Shown in pieces: positions 27,167-40,200 of a stretch of 64,000 bases of DNA (position 1 is the first letter of the stretch; every line of letters begins with the position of its first letter). The DNA is taken from contig CAWJKZ010000012.1 of the NCBI GenBank assembly GCA_963843575.1, positions 128,001 to 192,000 on the forward strand. Reading direction: 5' to 3'. A model generated the notes under the pieces. The model was not told the origin of the DNA, made no database searches, and saw only the letters and a program-made list of their open reading frames with translations. A program made the translations under genes and the position numbers. The stretch comes from an uncultured Acidobacteriota bacterium. GTDB lineage: Bacteria > Acidobacteriota > UBA6911.

Positions 27167-29533
27167 GTGTCGACCAGAGTCTGCTGCATAGTAGTCGCCG
27201 CCGCCTTGGCAGTAGCCGCAAAAGGCGAGGTGCCCCCGTTGCCGGACGTCTCCCCCCTCCACCCCCGCGTCTACGTGAGGCACGACGCCGCACGGATCGG
27301 CACCGGCCTGACCGTGAGCGGCCTGCGCCGCCGCGCGGCTGCTCCAGGCTACGCGCGCTGGAGAAGGGGTGCGCCGCTCGAGGGCGCGGCCGGCATGGTC
27401 GAGCGCGCCGCGCGCTACCTGGAAAGCAATTCCCCGGACGATCTCGCGGCAGTGCGCAGGTTCCTCCTCTCGCACACCTTTTCCCTCCAGCGGGACGACG
27501 TGGGCGGCCTCCTCGCCGGCGCGAAAATGGCCACGGCCTTCGATTGGGTCCATGACGGTTTGACGGAACCCGAGCGGCGGGCGGCCATGGCGAACATCGT
27601 CGCCACCGCCGATTCGAGCCGCGACTTCATGCTGCACGGCGAGCCGGACGTTAACCACAACTACACCTACATGGCGTTGCGCACCCTCGCCGTCTGCGGC
27701 CTTGTCCTGAAAGGCGAACCTGAGCCGTTCGACACCACGGCGCGCGCCTACCTTTCCCTGGCGCGGTCGTGGATCGAAGACCCAGGCAGGGTGCTGGATA
27801 CGTGGCAGGCCAAAGAAGGTGCCTGGGCCGAAGGGAGCCACTACACGTTTCACGAAACGCTCCGCACCCTGATCATGATGCTGCACGCCTACAGGACGGC
27901 GAGCGGCACGGATTACCTCGCGCTGATCGCCGCCGGCCACGGCAATTTCCTTTCGGGGGCCGGGCGTTACCTCATCGCGTGCACCCGGCCGGATCTGACC
28001 TTCGAGCGGCTCGGCGACGTGCTCCCGAGCCGGGCGCAGGCCGCCCTGACCGTGCCGCTGACGGTCGAGATGCTGGCCGCCGCAGTCCCCGAGCCGGAAG
28101 AGGCCGCCCGCTTCCGCTCCTTTGCCGCGGAACTGGAAGAGGTCTACGGCGACAGAGCGGTCCTGCCGCAGTTTGACTGGGGCATGCGGGTGTTCCATGA
28201 TCCCGGCGCCGAGCGGACGCCGTCCTACCGTACCCTCCCGACGGCGTTGCGCCTGGGGCGTGGCACGGTCGAGCACATCATGCTCCGCAGCGGCTGGGAA
28301 CCGGGCAGTACACTCGTCTCCATCATCGGCGGCGATCACTACACCGACCACCAGCACTTCGACAAAGGCCACTTCCTCGTCTACCACCGGGGAGGCCTTG
28401 CGGTCGACGGCGGGACCTACGACAGCATGTACCGCCCCCGCACGCACTGGACCGATTACGCCTGTCGCACCGTGGCCCACAACGCCCTGCTGATCTTCGA
28501 TCCCCGCCAGGAGCTGCCGCCCGGCTACGGCAACGACGGGGGGCAACTCGTGTTGCGCGGCCTGCAACATCACGCCGACTGGCAGAGCTGGCTCTCGCAC
28601 GCACGGCAAGGAGCGGATGGACACGTCCGACGTGGACGCCTACGAAGCGGGCGAGCGGGCGGGGTACGTTTACGTGCGCTGCGATCTCGGCCGCGCCTAC
28701 GGCGGGAAGGTCGCCTCGTTCGACCGGCAGTTCGTGTACCTTCCCCCACTGGACGCCCTGCTCGTGCTCGACCGCGTGCGCGCCTCCGACGCCGCTTTCC
28801 AGAAACGCTGGCTTCTCCATTTCCAGGAGTGCCCGGAGGTCGACGGCCGTCGACCGGACCCCGGGATCACCCGGTACCCCGGCGGCACCGCAACGCTCGT
28901 GCGGAGCGGCAGACAGTTCTCGCCCGGGGGAAAAGAGTTCGCATTTGACGGCACGCTGAAAATCACGACGCTCCTCCCGGCGCGACGCGTCGTAACGGTC
29001 GTCGGCGGACCCGGGTACGAGTACTACAACACGTTTGAGGGCTGCGAACTACCCGCCCGACATCCCGGAGCGCGCCGCCTGCCCCGCGTGAATCCGGCCG
29101 CTGGCGCATCGAGGTCGCGCCGGAGACGTCGTCGCAGGGGGAGGAGTTTCTGCACCTCCTGCAGATTGGAGAGGCCGGCGGCGCAACGGGGCGCGGCAGC
29201 CTGATCCGGGACTCCGCCGGCAAGGCGGTCGGAGTGCAGGTCTCGGGGCGTTCCGTCGAGACGGTCATCCTGTTCGCAGCCGGCCTGGACGCACCACAAC
29301 AGGCCCTGCCGATCGAGTATCATGTCTCCGCCCCCTCCCGGGTGCGTCACCTCGTCGTGCGGTTGCCGCCCGGCAGGAGGGTCGCGGCCGAAGTCAACGG
29401 GCGCCCCATTTTCGAAGGGTGGGTTTCGGATCAGGGCGTGCTGTCGTTCGAGGATTCCGGCCACGGAGAGCGCACGATCATCTTGAAGCGTCACCCTGGG
29501 GTGGGCGGGGCCGGCCCGATTCCGCCCCGATGA
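27167..29533 (+). CDS. Heparinase II/III-like polysaccharide lyase (PL21-like), frameshifts near 28610 and 29045-29095
   Basis: Signal peptide; EGSHY; RSGW; HQHFDKGHF; LAVDGGTY; RTVAHNALLIFDP; NDGGQ; continuation LLVLDRV...KRWLLHFQ..P; GRWRIEV. Confidence 0.85.
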
Positions 29534-29600
29534 GGATCCGGGGACCATGCGGGGCCGCGTCGAGCCGTCGCGGCCCACTACCGTTCATAGGGGTTTCCAC

Positions 29601-31330
29601 ATGCTCCTGCAGAGCCTGGACTGGCTCATCGTCATCGCCTATCTCGTGCTGTCGCTCGGCGTGGGACTGTATTTCGCCCGCCGCGCCGGCAAGAGCGTCG
29701 AGGACTTCTTCCTCTCCGGCCGCAAGCTCTCGTGGTGGCTGGCGGGGACCTCCATCGCAGCCGCGGCCTTCGCCTCCGATACCCCGATCGCCGTCACCGA
29801 ATACGTCCGGCAATACGGGATCGCGGGCAACTGGTTCAAGTGGAGCTTCTCGCTCACCGGGCTGTCCGCCGTGTACCTCTTCTCGGTGTACTGGCGCCGG
29901 TCGAACTTCGTCACCGACGTCGAGTTTGTCGAGGCCCGCTACGAAGGCCGGCCCGCGGCCGCGCTGCGCGGGTTCATGGCCCTGTTCTACGGCGTCGTCT
30001 TCAACTGCATCGAGATGGGGTGGATCATCTCGGGCATGACCACCGTGGTCGGGGTCACGACCGGGCTGAACCGCTGGGCGACCATCGTCATCCTGCTCGG
30101 CATCGCCACCCTGTACACCGCTAAATCCGGACTCTGGGGTGTCGTGACCACCGACTTCATGCAGTTTTTCGTCGCCACCGCCGGCTCGGTGCTCCTCGCC
30201 TGGTACGCCATCACGGGATTGGGCGGGATCGGCGCCATCAAGAACGCGCTCGCGGCCTCGGGGCAGATCGAGAAGCTGCAGATGGTCCCGACCGTGGACT
30301 CGACCTGGATGCCCCTGCCGACGTTTCTCGTCTACGTCCTCGTCCTGTGGTGGAGCACAGACCGCGCCGACGGCACCGGCTACTTCGTGCAGCGGATCCT
30401 GTCGACCCGCAACGAGAAGCAGGCGTTCCTGTCCGGGATCTGGTTCAGCATCCTGACCTATTCCCTGCTCCCCTGGCTCTGGATCGTCGTCGGGGTGGCC
30501 TCTCTCGTGGCATTCCCCACCCTCACCGAGCACTACCTCGCCTACCCGAAGATGCTGGTGCAGTTCGCGCCGACGGGCGTGCGCGGCCTCATGGTCGCCG
30601 GGTTCTTCGCCGCCTTCATGGCCACGACCACGAGCCACCTGAACTGGGGAGCTTCGTACCTCTGCAACGACCTGTACCGTCGCTTCATCCGGCGCGACGC
30701 GTCCCAGTCCCACTACGTGTTCGTCTCCAAGTTCTTCACCCTGTTCCTCGTCCTCGCCGGCGGCGTGACCGGCTACTACATGCACTCGATCCAGCAGGCC
30801 TGGGAACTGCAGGCGGCGATGATGGCGGGCACCGGCTCCGTCTTCGTCCTGCGCTGGCTCTGGTGGCGCGTCAACGCGTGGTCCGAAATCTCGGCGCTGA
30901 CCGCCGCCGTGACGGTCTCGACACTGCTCGCGTTCACCGGATATTCCTTCCCGACCCGCATCCTGATCTCGACCGCCGTCTGCACGTGCATCTGGATCGG
31001 CGTGACACTCCTGAGCGCACCGGTCTCGGACGAAAAACTGATCCTCTTCTACCGCAAGGTCCGGCCCGGCGGGCCGCTGTGGCGGCGGATCGCGCGGATG
31101 GCCGGGGCCGGGGAAGGCCGCAGCGAGCTGGGCCGGAACCTCGTCGTTTTCGCCTTCGGCACCGCCTTCACGTTCCTCAGCATCTTCTGCATCGGGGAAA
31201 TGGTGTTTTTCAGTCTCTGGAAAGGGCTTTTCTATCTCGCCGGGGCGTCGTGGCGGGGTACGTGGTTTTCCTGCTCGTGCGCGACACCTTCCGCCAGATG
31301 CAGAAGGAGGATACGGCAAGGGCCCAATAG
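29601..31330 (+). CDS. Sodium:solute symporter (SSS) family transporter, frameshift near 31247
   Basis: DFFLSGRKLSWWLAGTS, SGLWGVVTTD, YFVQRILS, AAFMAT...LNWGASY..NDLY; multiple TM helices. Confidence 0.93.
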
Positions 31331-31336
31331 GCGGAT

Positions 31337-31424
31337 GGGGATCTTCGAGATTCGCTTGAGCCTTGGAGCCGCTGAGGTGAAATCCGGAGCTCACCTCGAA
31401 GACTCCAGGACTCGAAGGGTCTCC
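31337..31424. other. Long nested intergenic hairpin
   Basis: Nested stems GGGGATCTTC/GAAGGGTCTCCC, CCTTGGAG/CTCCAGG and GAGGTGA/TCACCTC. Confidence 0.5.
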
Positions 31425-31465
31425 CAGTGGTTGAGGCCGGCGAATCTTCATTCCAGGAGCAGATC

Positions 31466-33586
31466 ATGGGACGTGAGGTGAAAGGGCTTCCGTTCGGCAT
31501 CCAGTACTACCGCGCGCCGACGCCGCTTCGGGAGGAATGGGAGGTGGACCTGCCGAGGATAAAGGATCTGGGCTTCACGTTCGTCCAGGTGCGACCGCAG
31601 TGGCGCTGGCACGAGCGGCGCGAAGGGGAGTTCTGCTGGGACGACCTGGACGCCCTGTTCGACCTGTGCGCCACGCACGGCCTCCAGGTGATGTTCCAGT
31701 TCATGCTCGAGACGGCCCCCGCGTGGCTCTACCGGAAATACGACTGTTACCGCGTCGACCTCTTCGGCCACCCGATCCTGCCACGGGGGCACGGCGCTTT
31801 TTTTGTCGGCGGCTGGCTCCCCTGCTTCGATCACCCGATGGTGCGCCTGGAAGGCGAACGGTTCATCAGGGCCGCCGTCCAGAGGTATCGCGACCGGCCC
31901 AACCTGCTGCTCTGGGAAGCCTGGAACGAGCCGCGGAGCCGCCCCGTCGGCGAATGCTGCTGCCCCGAGTCGCTCGCGCGCTACCGGAAGCACCTGGAAG
32001 CGCGTCACGTCACCATCGAGGCGTTCAACCGCTTTTACGGTAAGGCCTACGGCAGCTTCTCCGAGATCACCCCGCCCCCGGACTTCTGCGAATACACGGA
32101 ACTCGCCCTCTTCCGGCAGTGGGCGATGGAGAGCGTGGTCTCGCGGGTGCGCTGGGTGTACGACACGGTGCGCGCCGTCGACGACGCCCACCCGATCAGC
32201 GCCCACGTCGGCGCCAACACGCTCGGGCAGGACATCCTGGCCGACAGCTCCGACGATTTCGCCACGGCCCGGGCGGTCGATTTCTACGGCACCAGCCAGC
32301 TCTTCTTCACCGGCGACTTCATCGAGTTCGACAACATCGAAGGGGAAGCGACCTTCGCCGGGCACCCGGTGGCGCGACGACTACTACATCCTCTCGCTCG
32401 GGGCCGACTGGCTGCGGTGCGTCAGCCCGTACTACTGGATCAACGAGATCTACACCAACTCGTTTTTCTACACCACCCCGGACATCGGCGGCGACGACCT
32501 GCCGCTTCCGGATCTGGACGTACCTCGCCGGAGGGGCCAAAGGGGTGGTGTTCTGGCAGTACCGCTCCGAGCGGGTGGGCAACGAGAGCGGCTGCTCCGG
32601 GCTCGTCGGCATCGACGGCGACATTCACCGCCCGGACCGACGGCTTGTGCGCTCGAAGCGCGCCGCATCCGGGAACACGAAGCGCTGCTGCGCGATTTCC
32701 AGCCGGACCCGGCCGAAGTCGCCATCCTGTACGACCTCGAGTCCGACTTGATGTCGCGCATCGAGGACACCACCGGCCAGAACTTCCTGGGCAACACCGT
32801 CAAATACACCTGCAAGGAGGCGCTCAAAGGCGCGTACAGCCTGCTCTGGCGGACGCACACACCGCTGGATTTCCTCTCCACGCGCGACCTGGAGACGATA
32901 CACCGCTACCGGCTCGTCTATCTGCCCGCCATGCTCGTGGTCGACGGGGCCGTCGCGTCCATCCTGGAGGATTACGTCCGCCAGGGAGGGTTCCTGATCG
33001 CCGAGGAGGGCCTTGGCCTCCGGGACACGCGCTACTGGATGGCCACGACCGCGCCGGGGGCCGGGCTCGATCGCCTGTTCGGGGCGAACCAGGGGAAGAC
33101 GATCCAGTCGGCGGTACCCGGGACCCTGCAGCTCGCGGGGGCCGAATTGCCGGTCGTTGGGCGGCGCGCCCTCCTCCACCCGCGCGGAGGCCGCGTCGTC
33201 GCCGAGTGGCCTGAAGGCGGAGCGGCGGCCGTGGCCCACGTCCACGGCGGCGGGCGGACGCTGCTGTACGGATTCCACCTCGGCCAGTGCAGCGCCGAGA
33301 CGAGGGGGGCCGCCTACCTCTGGCTGGCGCGCTCCTGGCTGGCGGAAGCAGGCGTCGCACCGGGCATCCGGTTCCCGGACGGCGGCGAACCCATGGTGCA
33401 GTGGCGCTCGGGGACGAGCCTCGGAAAACGCATGGTCTACCTGCTGAACTACGAGCCGCACCCGGTGCGCGTCACCCTTGGATGCGGCCGAAGGGCTCGA
33501 GGATGTGCTTTCCAACACCGCTCCCCGGTGAGCCCGGCACGACCGTCCTTCCCGCCCGTGACGTCTGCATCCTGGCCGGCCGTTGA
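31466..33586 (+). CDS. GH42-like beta-galactosidase, several frameshifts (about 32365, 32505, 32625, 33490)
   Basis: W...E..EGEF.WD.LD; TAPAWL; WNEP (acid/base); WINE (nucleophile); GAKGVVFWQYR; EVAILYD.ES. Confidence 0.85.
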
Positions 33587-33607
33587 CACACAACCCGCGG
33601 ATCAGGT

Positions 33608-33910
33608 GGAGTGCGGCGGGCTGAAGAGACTGTCCAACGGTCGAGCTGCCGGGCCTGCCGTACGCAATTCGGCGAGGCGCCGACGCGCCGCCTGCCCGTA
33701 AAGCAAGTGGGTCCGGGCTGAAGAGGCTGTCCAACGGTTGATCTGCCCGCCCTGCCCGTAAAGCAAGTGGGTCCGGGCTTCAGCCCGGACGCCGTTTGCT
33801 GTCGCTATGCAGGGCAGGTGGAACTCTATGCAAACGGATTTAAAGTCGTCCGGGCTGAAGCCCGGACCCACTTGTGATCTTGTTCGGATCCGGCAGATCA
33901 ACCGTTGGAC
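33608..33910. repeat. Composite repeat cluster: family A REPIN (33767-33871) inside 19-bp inverted repeats, a 60-bp-period duplication and family B fragments
   Basis: GTCCAACGGTTGATCTGCC (33729-33747) and GGCAGATCAACCGTTGGAC (33892-33910) form a perfect inverted repeat. CCTGCCCGTAAAGCAAGTGGGTCCGGGCT occurs at 33691 and 33751. Confidence 0.9.
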
Positions 33911-34902
33911 CTGCCCACCAGCGCGCGCAGGTTTGCGGGCGGTGTGTCGGGGGGCACCTCGCACCCGGCCCCGATGATGTAGTTCGGCCCGGCCACCCGC
34001 AGGCACTCCTGCACCGCGGCGGCGACCTCCCCGGCGTGCCGTTGCGCAGCACCCGGACAGGATCGATGCCGCCGAGCAGCACCTGGTCCGGCCCCAGTTT
34101 CTCGCGGGCCTCCTGGATCGGCACGGCGGAGTCGATGTCGACGATGTCGCACCCAAGCCGCGCGATGCCGTCGAGGATGCGCCTCGTGTTCCCGCAGATG
34201 TGGAGCCGGACGCGGGCGCCCGCCTCCCGGAGCGCTTCCGCCAGCCGCTTTTCGCGGGGCCAGACGAAGTCCTCATAAATGCGGGGCCCCACGAGCGAGG
34301 CCGCGGGATCACCGATCCCGATTACCTCGGCCCCCGCCTCGACCTGGGCCCGCCCGAACCGCATCCCGAGCTCCAGCACGAAGTCGAACAGCTCCCGGAC
34401 GAAACGCAGGGTCGTCGTGGAAATCCAGCATCAGGCGATTGATGCCACGCAGGTCTGCGGCGGCGCCACAGGGCCCTTCCACCCACCCTTCGACCACCCT
34501 GCAGGTCGCCCGCCTCGCGCTTCATCAGGGCCAGCCCGCTGCAGCCTGTCGCGCATGTTCGGCGCCCTGCGGGGGTCGGGTAGTTCGAGGGTAGCCGAGG
34601 TCGCCCTTGTCCGCCAGCCGCGAACCGGCTTCGTCCATGGCATACGGCTGGTCCTCGAACAACTGGATCGCGGCGCCGCAGTCCGGGGCTTCCCGCGTCT
34701 CGGTGATGGCCGAGACGTGGTCGAAGCCGAAATCCGCGGCGGTTCGGATCTGCGCCTCGGCCATGATGCGGTGATCGAGGGCATACCGGCCGTATTTAAA
34801 CCCCGCGTGTCGCGCCGCGAACATCATCGTGATCGGCATGACGCCGGGCCTATCGACCGGCTTGTGATCCAGCAGTGCCAGGATTCGCTCGCGACCGTTC
34901 AT
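33898..34902 (-). CDS. Uroporphyrinogen-decarboxylase-family / MtaA-CmuA-like protein, multiple frameshifts
   Basis: MNGRERILALL...VDRPGV; GWVEGP; AQVEAGAEVIGIGDP.AS; LHICGN; GGIDP; IIGAGCEVP.TP..NL, spread across frames. Confidence 0.85.
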
Positions 34903-34921
34903 GTCAGCCCTCCTCATAACT

Positions 34922-34948
34922 CTGGAGTGCGGCGCCTCGGCGCCGCTT
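34922..34948. repeat. REP family B copy
   Basis: CTGGAGTGCGGCGCCTCGGCGCCGCTT. Confidence 0.75.
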
Positions 34949-35064
34949 CGACCCGCATCCAACGGCCGGCATACCCGGCGCCTCGGCGCCAGGCCAAACT
35001 GCGGGATGCGACCCTGCACACCCGGCCTGCGGCGCCGCCGAGGCCCCGCAGGGGCCAGGTTCGG

Positions 35065-37201
35065 CTATCGGGCTTTCGGCGGGGAGTATAAGGTTAGCGA
35101 GTGATTAACGAACGGGCCTCCGGCGCCGATCCGCACGCGGTAATCGGCCGCTCCGCCGAGCTGCTCCGTGTGCTCCCCGCGAACGCCGCCCGACAAGCCA
35201 CGCGTGGGTAATCTCCAGCGGTCCCCGGGCGGGGACTGGCGCGGAGGCGGACGGCGAGCCTGACGCTGTCCAGGCCCATGTTCGGCGAGGGCGTACCTGA
35301 CGTACACCTTGTTGATGCCGGCCGGAATCGCACTCACGGTCCTGTCCACCTCCGGCCAGCGGAGCAGCTGCTTCGCATCCTGCGCGTCACGGCCGGGCCC
35401 GGCGGGGAGGTACTCCCACAGGGTCGGTGAACGGCCCGGACGGCGAAATCGACCACTCGATGGAGGCCCGGCGAGCCGAGTCGGGCACTGTGGCGCCGGC
35501 GCCGAGCTTCGTGCGCCGCGTCTCGGCGGTGAGTTTGTCGGGCGCCAGGCCGTCCCTGAGGTCCAGGAAGCGCGCCCCGACATCGAAGCCCGCCAGCACG
35601 CCCGCCTTCGGCCCGGCCAGGCAGAAGAGCACCTCACCCGTGCGCCCTTCCGCCGGCCAGAGTATGTCCTGCCCGTCTTCCGAGACGCATCTCACGTCCG
35701 CGCGCCGCAGCGCAAGTCGGTCGAGTTGGTCGAGGCGGATCGGGAGCACCAACGGCGCTGGCGGAGGCTCCGGTGCGATACTGCAGGTCGTTGTCCCCCG
35801 GACTCAGGGCAGGCAGTGTTCTCGGGTTGTGCTGAAAACGGGCGACGATCTCGACCTTTGCAGCACCCACGGAATCGGCCGCACCGGGGCCGAGCAGCCT
35901 CATGCGGACCAGGAACCCGTATTTCCCGGCCACCGGCGTCAGGGCGCCGTGATCGGAGCGCTGCACGACCGGGAACTTCGGCGCCCAGCTGCCCTGGAAC
36001 GGACCGGTGAGGGTCGCCAGGGTTGCCCATGACCGGCCGGCGTCGGTCGAAAGCGCCGCCTCGATGCTGTCCGATCCGGCCGCGACGAACGCCTCCGCCG
36101 TCAGCCCGGCGTCGATCAGGACCCACGGGCTCGCAATTTCGAACACCGCCGTGCCCGGCTCGTTGCCGCGTTCCCGGATCAGGTGATGCCCGCCCGAACG
36201 GGGATCGGGCATCCGCAGGTTCCAGAGTGTGCTCGTAGAAGGCGTCCGGGTCCGACAGCACGGGCGTGTACTCGAGGCGACCGGTGGCCCAGCGACGCGC
36301 GTCTTTCTGGCTGCGCGGCCCGTCTTCGGTGCGGATCGAGTACTCCGTCACCTCTCTCGGGAACTCCCCCCAACCGCGGCCGTCGAAGGCGTAGGGGAGA
36401 TAGAAGAGCCCAGGCTCCTCGGGCTCGTAGAAGCGGGTGATCCGCTCACCCGGGCGCAGCAGGTAGTCCATCGAGTGGCCCTGCGGGTAGCGGCAGGCCG
36501 GAAAAGAGCCAGTTGTCGGACATGGACGTGAACACGCCGGCCAGGTCCTCGATCGCACCCTCCCGGACGTCGGCCGGATACCAGGGCGAGTCCACCCTCG
36601 AGCTGTCGGCCTTCCTGGCGACTTCGAGCTTCCCGGTCAGGATCGTCCGGTCGCGCGCGATCTGGGTGACCGAGGCCACCGGAAGTTTATCCGGGTCGCC
36701 GGACCCGACGGTCGAGTACCCCATCATGTCGGAGTCGTAGTAGTGGAACGCGCCGTCGTAAAACACTTCGGTGACCGTGTGGCCGGTGAGAAACCACACG
36801 CGCGCATCTTCGAAACCGCCCGCCCGGTACATGGCCTGGAGCAGCGGCGCGACTTGGTAGCACAGGCCGAAACCGTAGCTGTTTAGGAGCTTCAGCGGAT
36901 CGAGCACTTCGCCGCCGGGTTCCTCGTAGGCCCATCCGGCGATGTGATACCAGAGTCCCGGCTGGACGAAGCGGCCGTCGGTCAGAAAGAAGCGCCAGAT
37001 CGCCTCGGCCTTCTGCCTGGGGGTGACCGCGCCGGCCCCGCGGTAGATCCCCTCAGCGAACGCGCGCAGGTCCGTGGTGTCGACCTGGCCCGCCAGGAGG
37101 ACTTTGGGGGAGAACACCTGGGCCGGGAGCGGACCCGACAGCACAATGGTCAGTACCGCGGCGGCGATTCCCATGCTGGTACCTGCGGAGGTCTTCCTCA
37201 C
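35065..37201 (-). CDS. Secreted transglutaminase-fold (Cys-His-Asp) protein, paralogue 1, multiple frameshifts
   Basis: Signal peptide; YGFGLCYQ; GHTVTEVFYDGAFHYYDSD. Downstream pieces in ORFs 35692-36558, 35634-36212 and 35065-35637 align with 41602-43347. Confidence 0.7.
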
Positions 37202-37223
37202 GTGTCGGACTCCTCACTCCAGA

Positions 37224-40200
37224 CTATTCCTGCAAGCCTTTGAGCAGCCCGGCCTCGAGCCAGGCCAGTGCCTGGCGCGCGTACAGGAACGACTGGTCGA
37301 TTTCCAGCGCGCGGCGAAAGCCGGCCGCCGCCTCGGCCGCGTCGCCTTTGAAGGCCGCGTAGATTCCCGCAGTGTAGTGCGCGTGCGCGCGCAACGCCAG
37401 GTTGCGGTCGCTCTTGCGCTGCTCGTTGACGGCCTCGTATTCGCGGAAGAAATCAGCCGCCCGCTGCCGCTCCCCCGTTTTCTGGAGGGCGATGGCCCGG
37501 AACAGCCCCTCCGTCTCGACGTCGTCGTCGGAGGTGGCGGCCGCCGCCTTCCAGGAGGCTTGCGCGGCCGGAGAGTCGCCCTGCGCCTGTTCCATCAGGG
37601 CCTCGAACAACAGCAGGCGGGAACTTGCGACCGAGGCGAAGTCGTCGACACCGAGGCTTGCCGGGCGGCTGGGCCGCCGCCCGGATGTGGACGAGCGCAC
37701 CGGCAGCATTCTTCCGCTCGAACTCCTCGAGCGCCAGGGTCAGCCGCACCGCCCGGTACAGGTGAAGCAGCGTGTAGGACTGGTGGGTGGCCTCGAAGTT
37801 GCGCCCGGTCATGAGCGCCAGGGCCCGGGCCGGGTTGCCCGTCTGGGCTTCCAGCGACGCGAGTCTCTCCACCAGCGCGTCGCTCCCGGGATTCCGCTCG
37901 AGGGAGCGGCGGAACACGTTTCGGGCCGCTTCGGCATTGCCCATCGCGGCGTTGACGTTGGCCAGGACTACGGCCGTGGCCAGGTGCTCGGGTCTCGTTT
38001 CGGACGCCCGGGTCAGCAGCCGGAGCCCCTCGTCCCTCGTGCCCTCCAGCGAGCAACGCCATGCCGAGGTCGCGCAGGGCGAAGAAGTGCTGCGGCGCGG
38101 CGGCCACGGCCCGGCGCCAGAGTTCGATCGCCTCGCCGCGGCGCTCGCGGCTGTAGAGGAGGTCTCCGAGCAGGACCAGGGCGTTGGCGTCCTCCGGGTC
38201 GGCCCGCACCGCGGCGTTGAGGACGTCGACGTCCTCGGACCGGAACGGGAAGATGTCGAGGCGGAGTTCCTGCGCGCGCGCGCCCGGCCCCGCAGCGCGG
38301 CCGCGGCTTCGGAGTGACCCTGCTCTTGTTCGGCGAAGCCGGCGTAGTAGAGCAGCAGCGGGTCGGGCGCGGCCTTCTCGATGCCCCGCCGGGCCACCCG
38401 CGCGGCCTCGGCCCAGCCGTGGAGCCTCATGTACTCGGTCGCCAGCTCGAGGTACCCCTGCGGGTGCCGCGCGCACGCCGCGTCCATCAGGAGCAGGGAC
38501 TCTTCCGGGGCTTGCGGACGCAAAGGCCTGTTCGGCGCGGGCGAACGCGTTGGTCGGATCCCTACGCAGGATGTCCTCGAGCTCCCGTCCGGCCGCCGCG
38601 GCCATTCCCGTTCTCCTCAACACGTAGGCATTCGCCTGCCGCGCGGAGAGATCCGAGGGCGCAGCCGCGGCCGCCCGGGCCATCAGGGGAGCGGCGCCCT
38701 CCCAGTCGAGGTCGCGCAGCGCCACCAGGCCGAGACAGTACTCCCGGCGGTCGAACTTCGACGAGGACGGCAGGATGCGGTAGAAGTGCCTCTCGGCCTC
38801 GAGCCGCCGGCCGAGACCGGCGCTGATCAGCCCGAGGAAGTAATGGGCGTCGCCGTTGGTCGGGTCCCGTTCGAGCACCTTTTCGAACTGCGGGGCTGCC
38901 CCCGCGTAGTCGAAGCGCTCCATGGCGAGCAGCCCGAGCCTCAGCAGCACCGGCGAAAACAGGGGATCCTTCGCGAGCGCGGCACGGTAGGCCTCCAGGG
39001 CGTCGGCGGTCTGCCCGAACTTTTCGTGGCCCAGACCCTTCTGGTACAGCTCCTCCGCCTGCAGCGTCTCGGCCGGCCCGAACTTGCGCGGGATCGAATC
39101 GCTGGCGTAGGCGGCATCGGGGTGGGAACCGTCGGGTTGCACGCGGTAGTCGACGAGCGACCTGCCCTCGGCCGAACGGATGCGCAGTTGAAGCACCTGC
39201 CCCTGGCTTTCACCGCCCAGTGGGATCGATGCCCGGTAGGCCGCGCCGACCTCCAGGTCGTGTTCGGCGGACCAGATCGTCTTGCCGCCGGCCAGCAGCT
39301 CGAATCCCGGACCGGGGGAACGCCGCGGTCGGCGCCACCGCGAGCTTCGCACTCCCCGGCCGTTCCCGCGGGATCTCGAGCAGGACGGCCGCGTCGCGCG
39401 TCGCGGTGGTCAGCCCCCCGAGCCCGCCGGCACCGTACCAGTACTCCGTCCAGCCGTCGGTCTTGCCGGGATCGATGAACTCGTAGTTGCCGTCCCAGAT
39501 GAAGCGGCCGCTCTGGGTCTCCATGTAGAGACCGTCGTTGTCGGTGTAGACGGCCATGTGGCGCAGCGCCGTCTGGCCGGAGCCGAACGTCCACGTCTTC
39601 ATGCCGCGCGCGAGTAGGCGGTTGGTGTAGCAGATCGTCCCGTAATCCGCCTCGTAGTCGTAGATCGACATGAAGTTGTCGAAGATATCGAGGCCGAAGA
39701 CGCCGAGCATGTTCTTGTTGTTGTTGTTCCAGCTCATGTCGACGCCGTCGATGAGCGGCCAGGTGTTCAGGACCGAGCTGTCGTGGCCGATCGTCCTGGT
39801 CATCGGGTAGACGAATCGGCTTCCCCTCGCTCACCGCGACGCCGGCGTTGGTCCAGAGCATGTAGCGGTTGGGGAGGAGGTTCTTGTTGTGCAGGCGGAT
39901 CGTGGTTTCGATGTACGCGCGGCCCGGGCGCAAGGTCACCACCAGCGAGATCTTGTCGCGGAAGAAGTGGTCGACGTGCGAAAGCACGATCGACGCGGCG
40001 CCGTCCCCGTGCCGCTCGAGAGTCCACGCCCACGGTTCGCCGGGCCAGGTCAGCATGTGGGCGTCGAACGGGCCGTACAGTTCCAGGTTCCCGACAGGCC
40101 AGCCGCCCCGCTGGTTGTAGCGTCCGGGCTTGATGACGGTCGTGTGATAGAAAAGCTCCTTGCCGGCGACCTTGTCGTACGCCGAGTAGATGCGGCCCCC

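Noticed and set aside
33608-33910. Possible mini-CRISPR (29-bp repeat at 60-bp period)
   Set aside because: There are only two copies, they are part of the REP composite also seen at 21.9 kb, and no cas genes are present.
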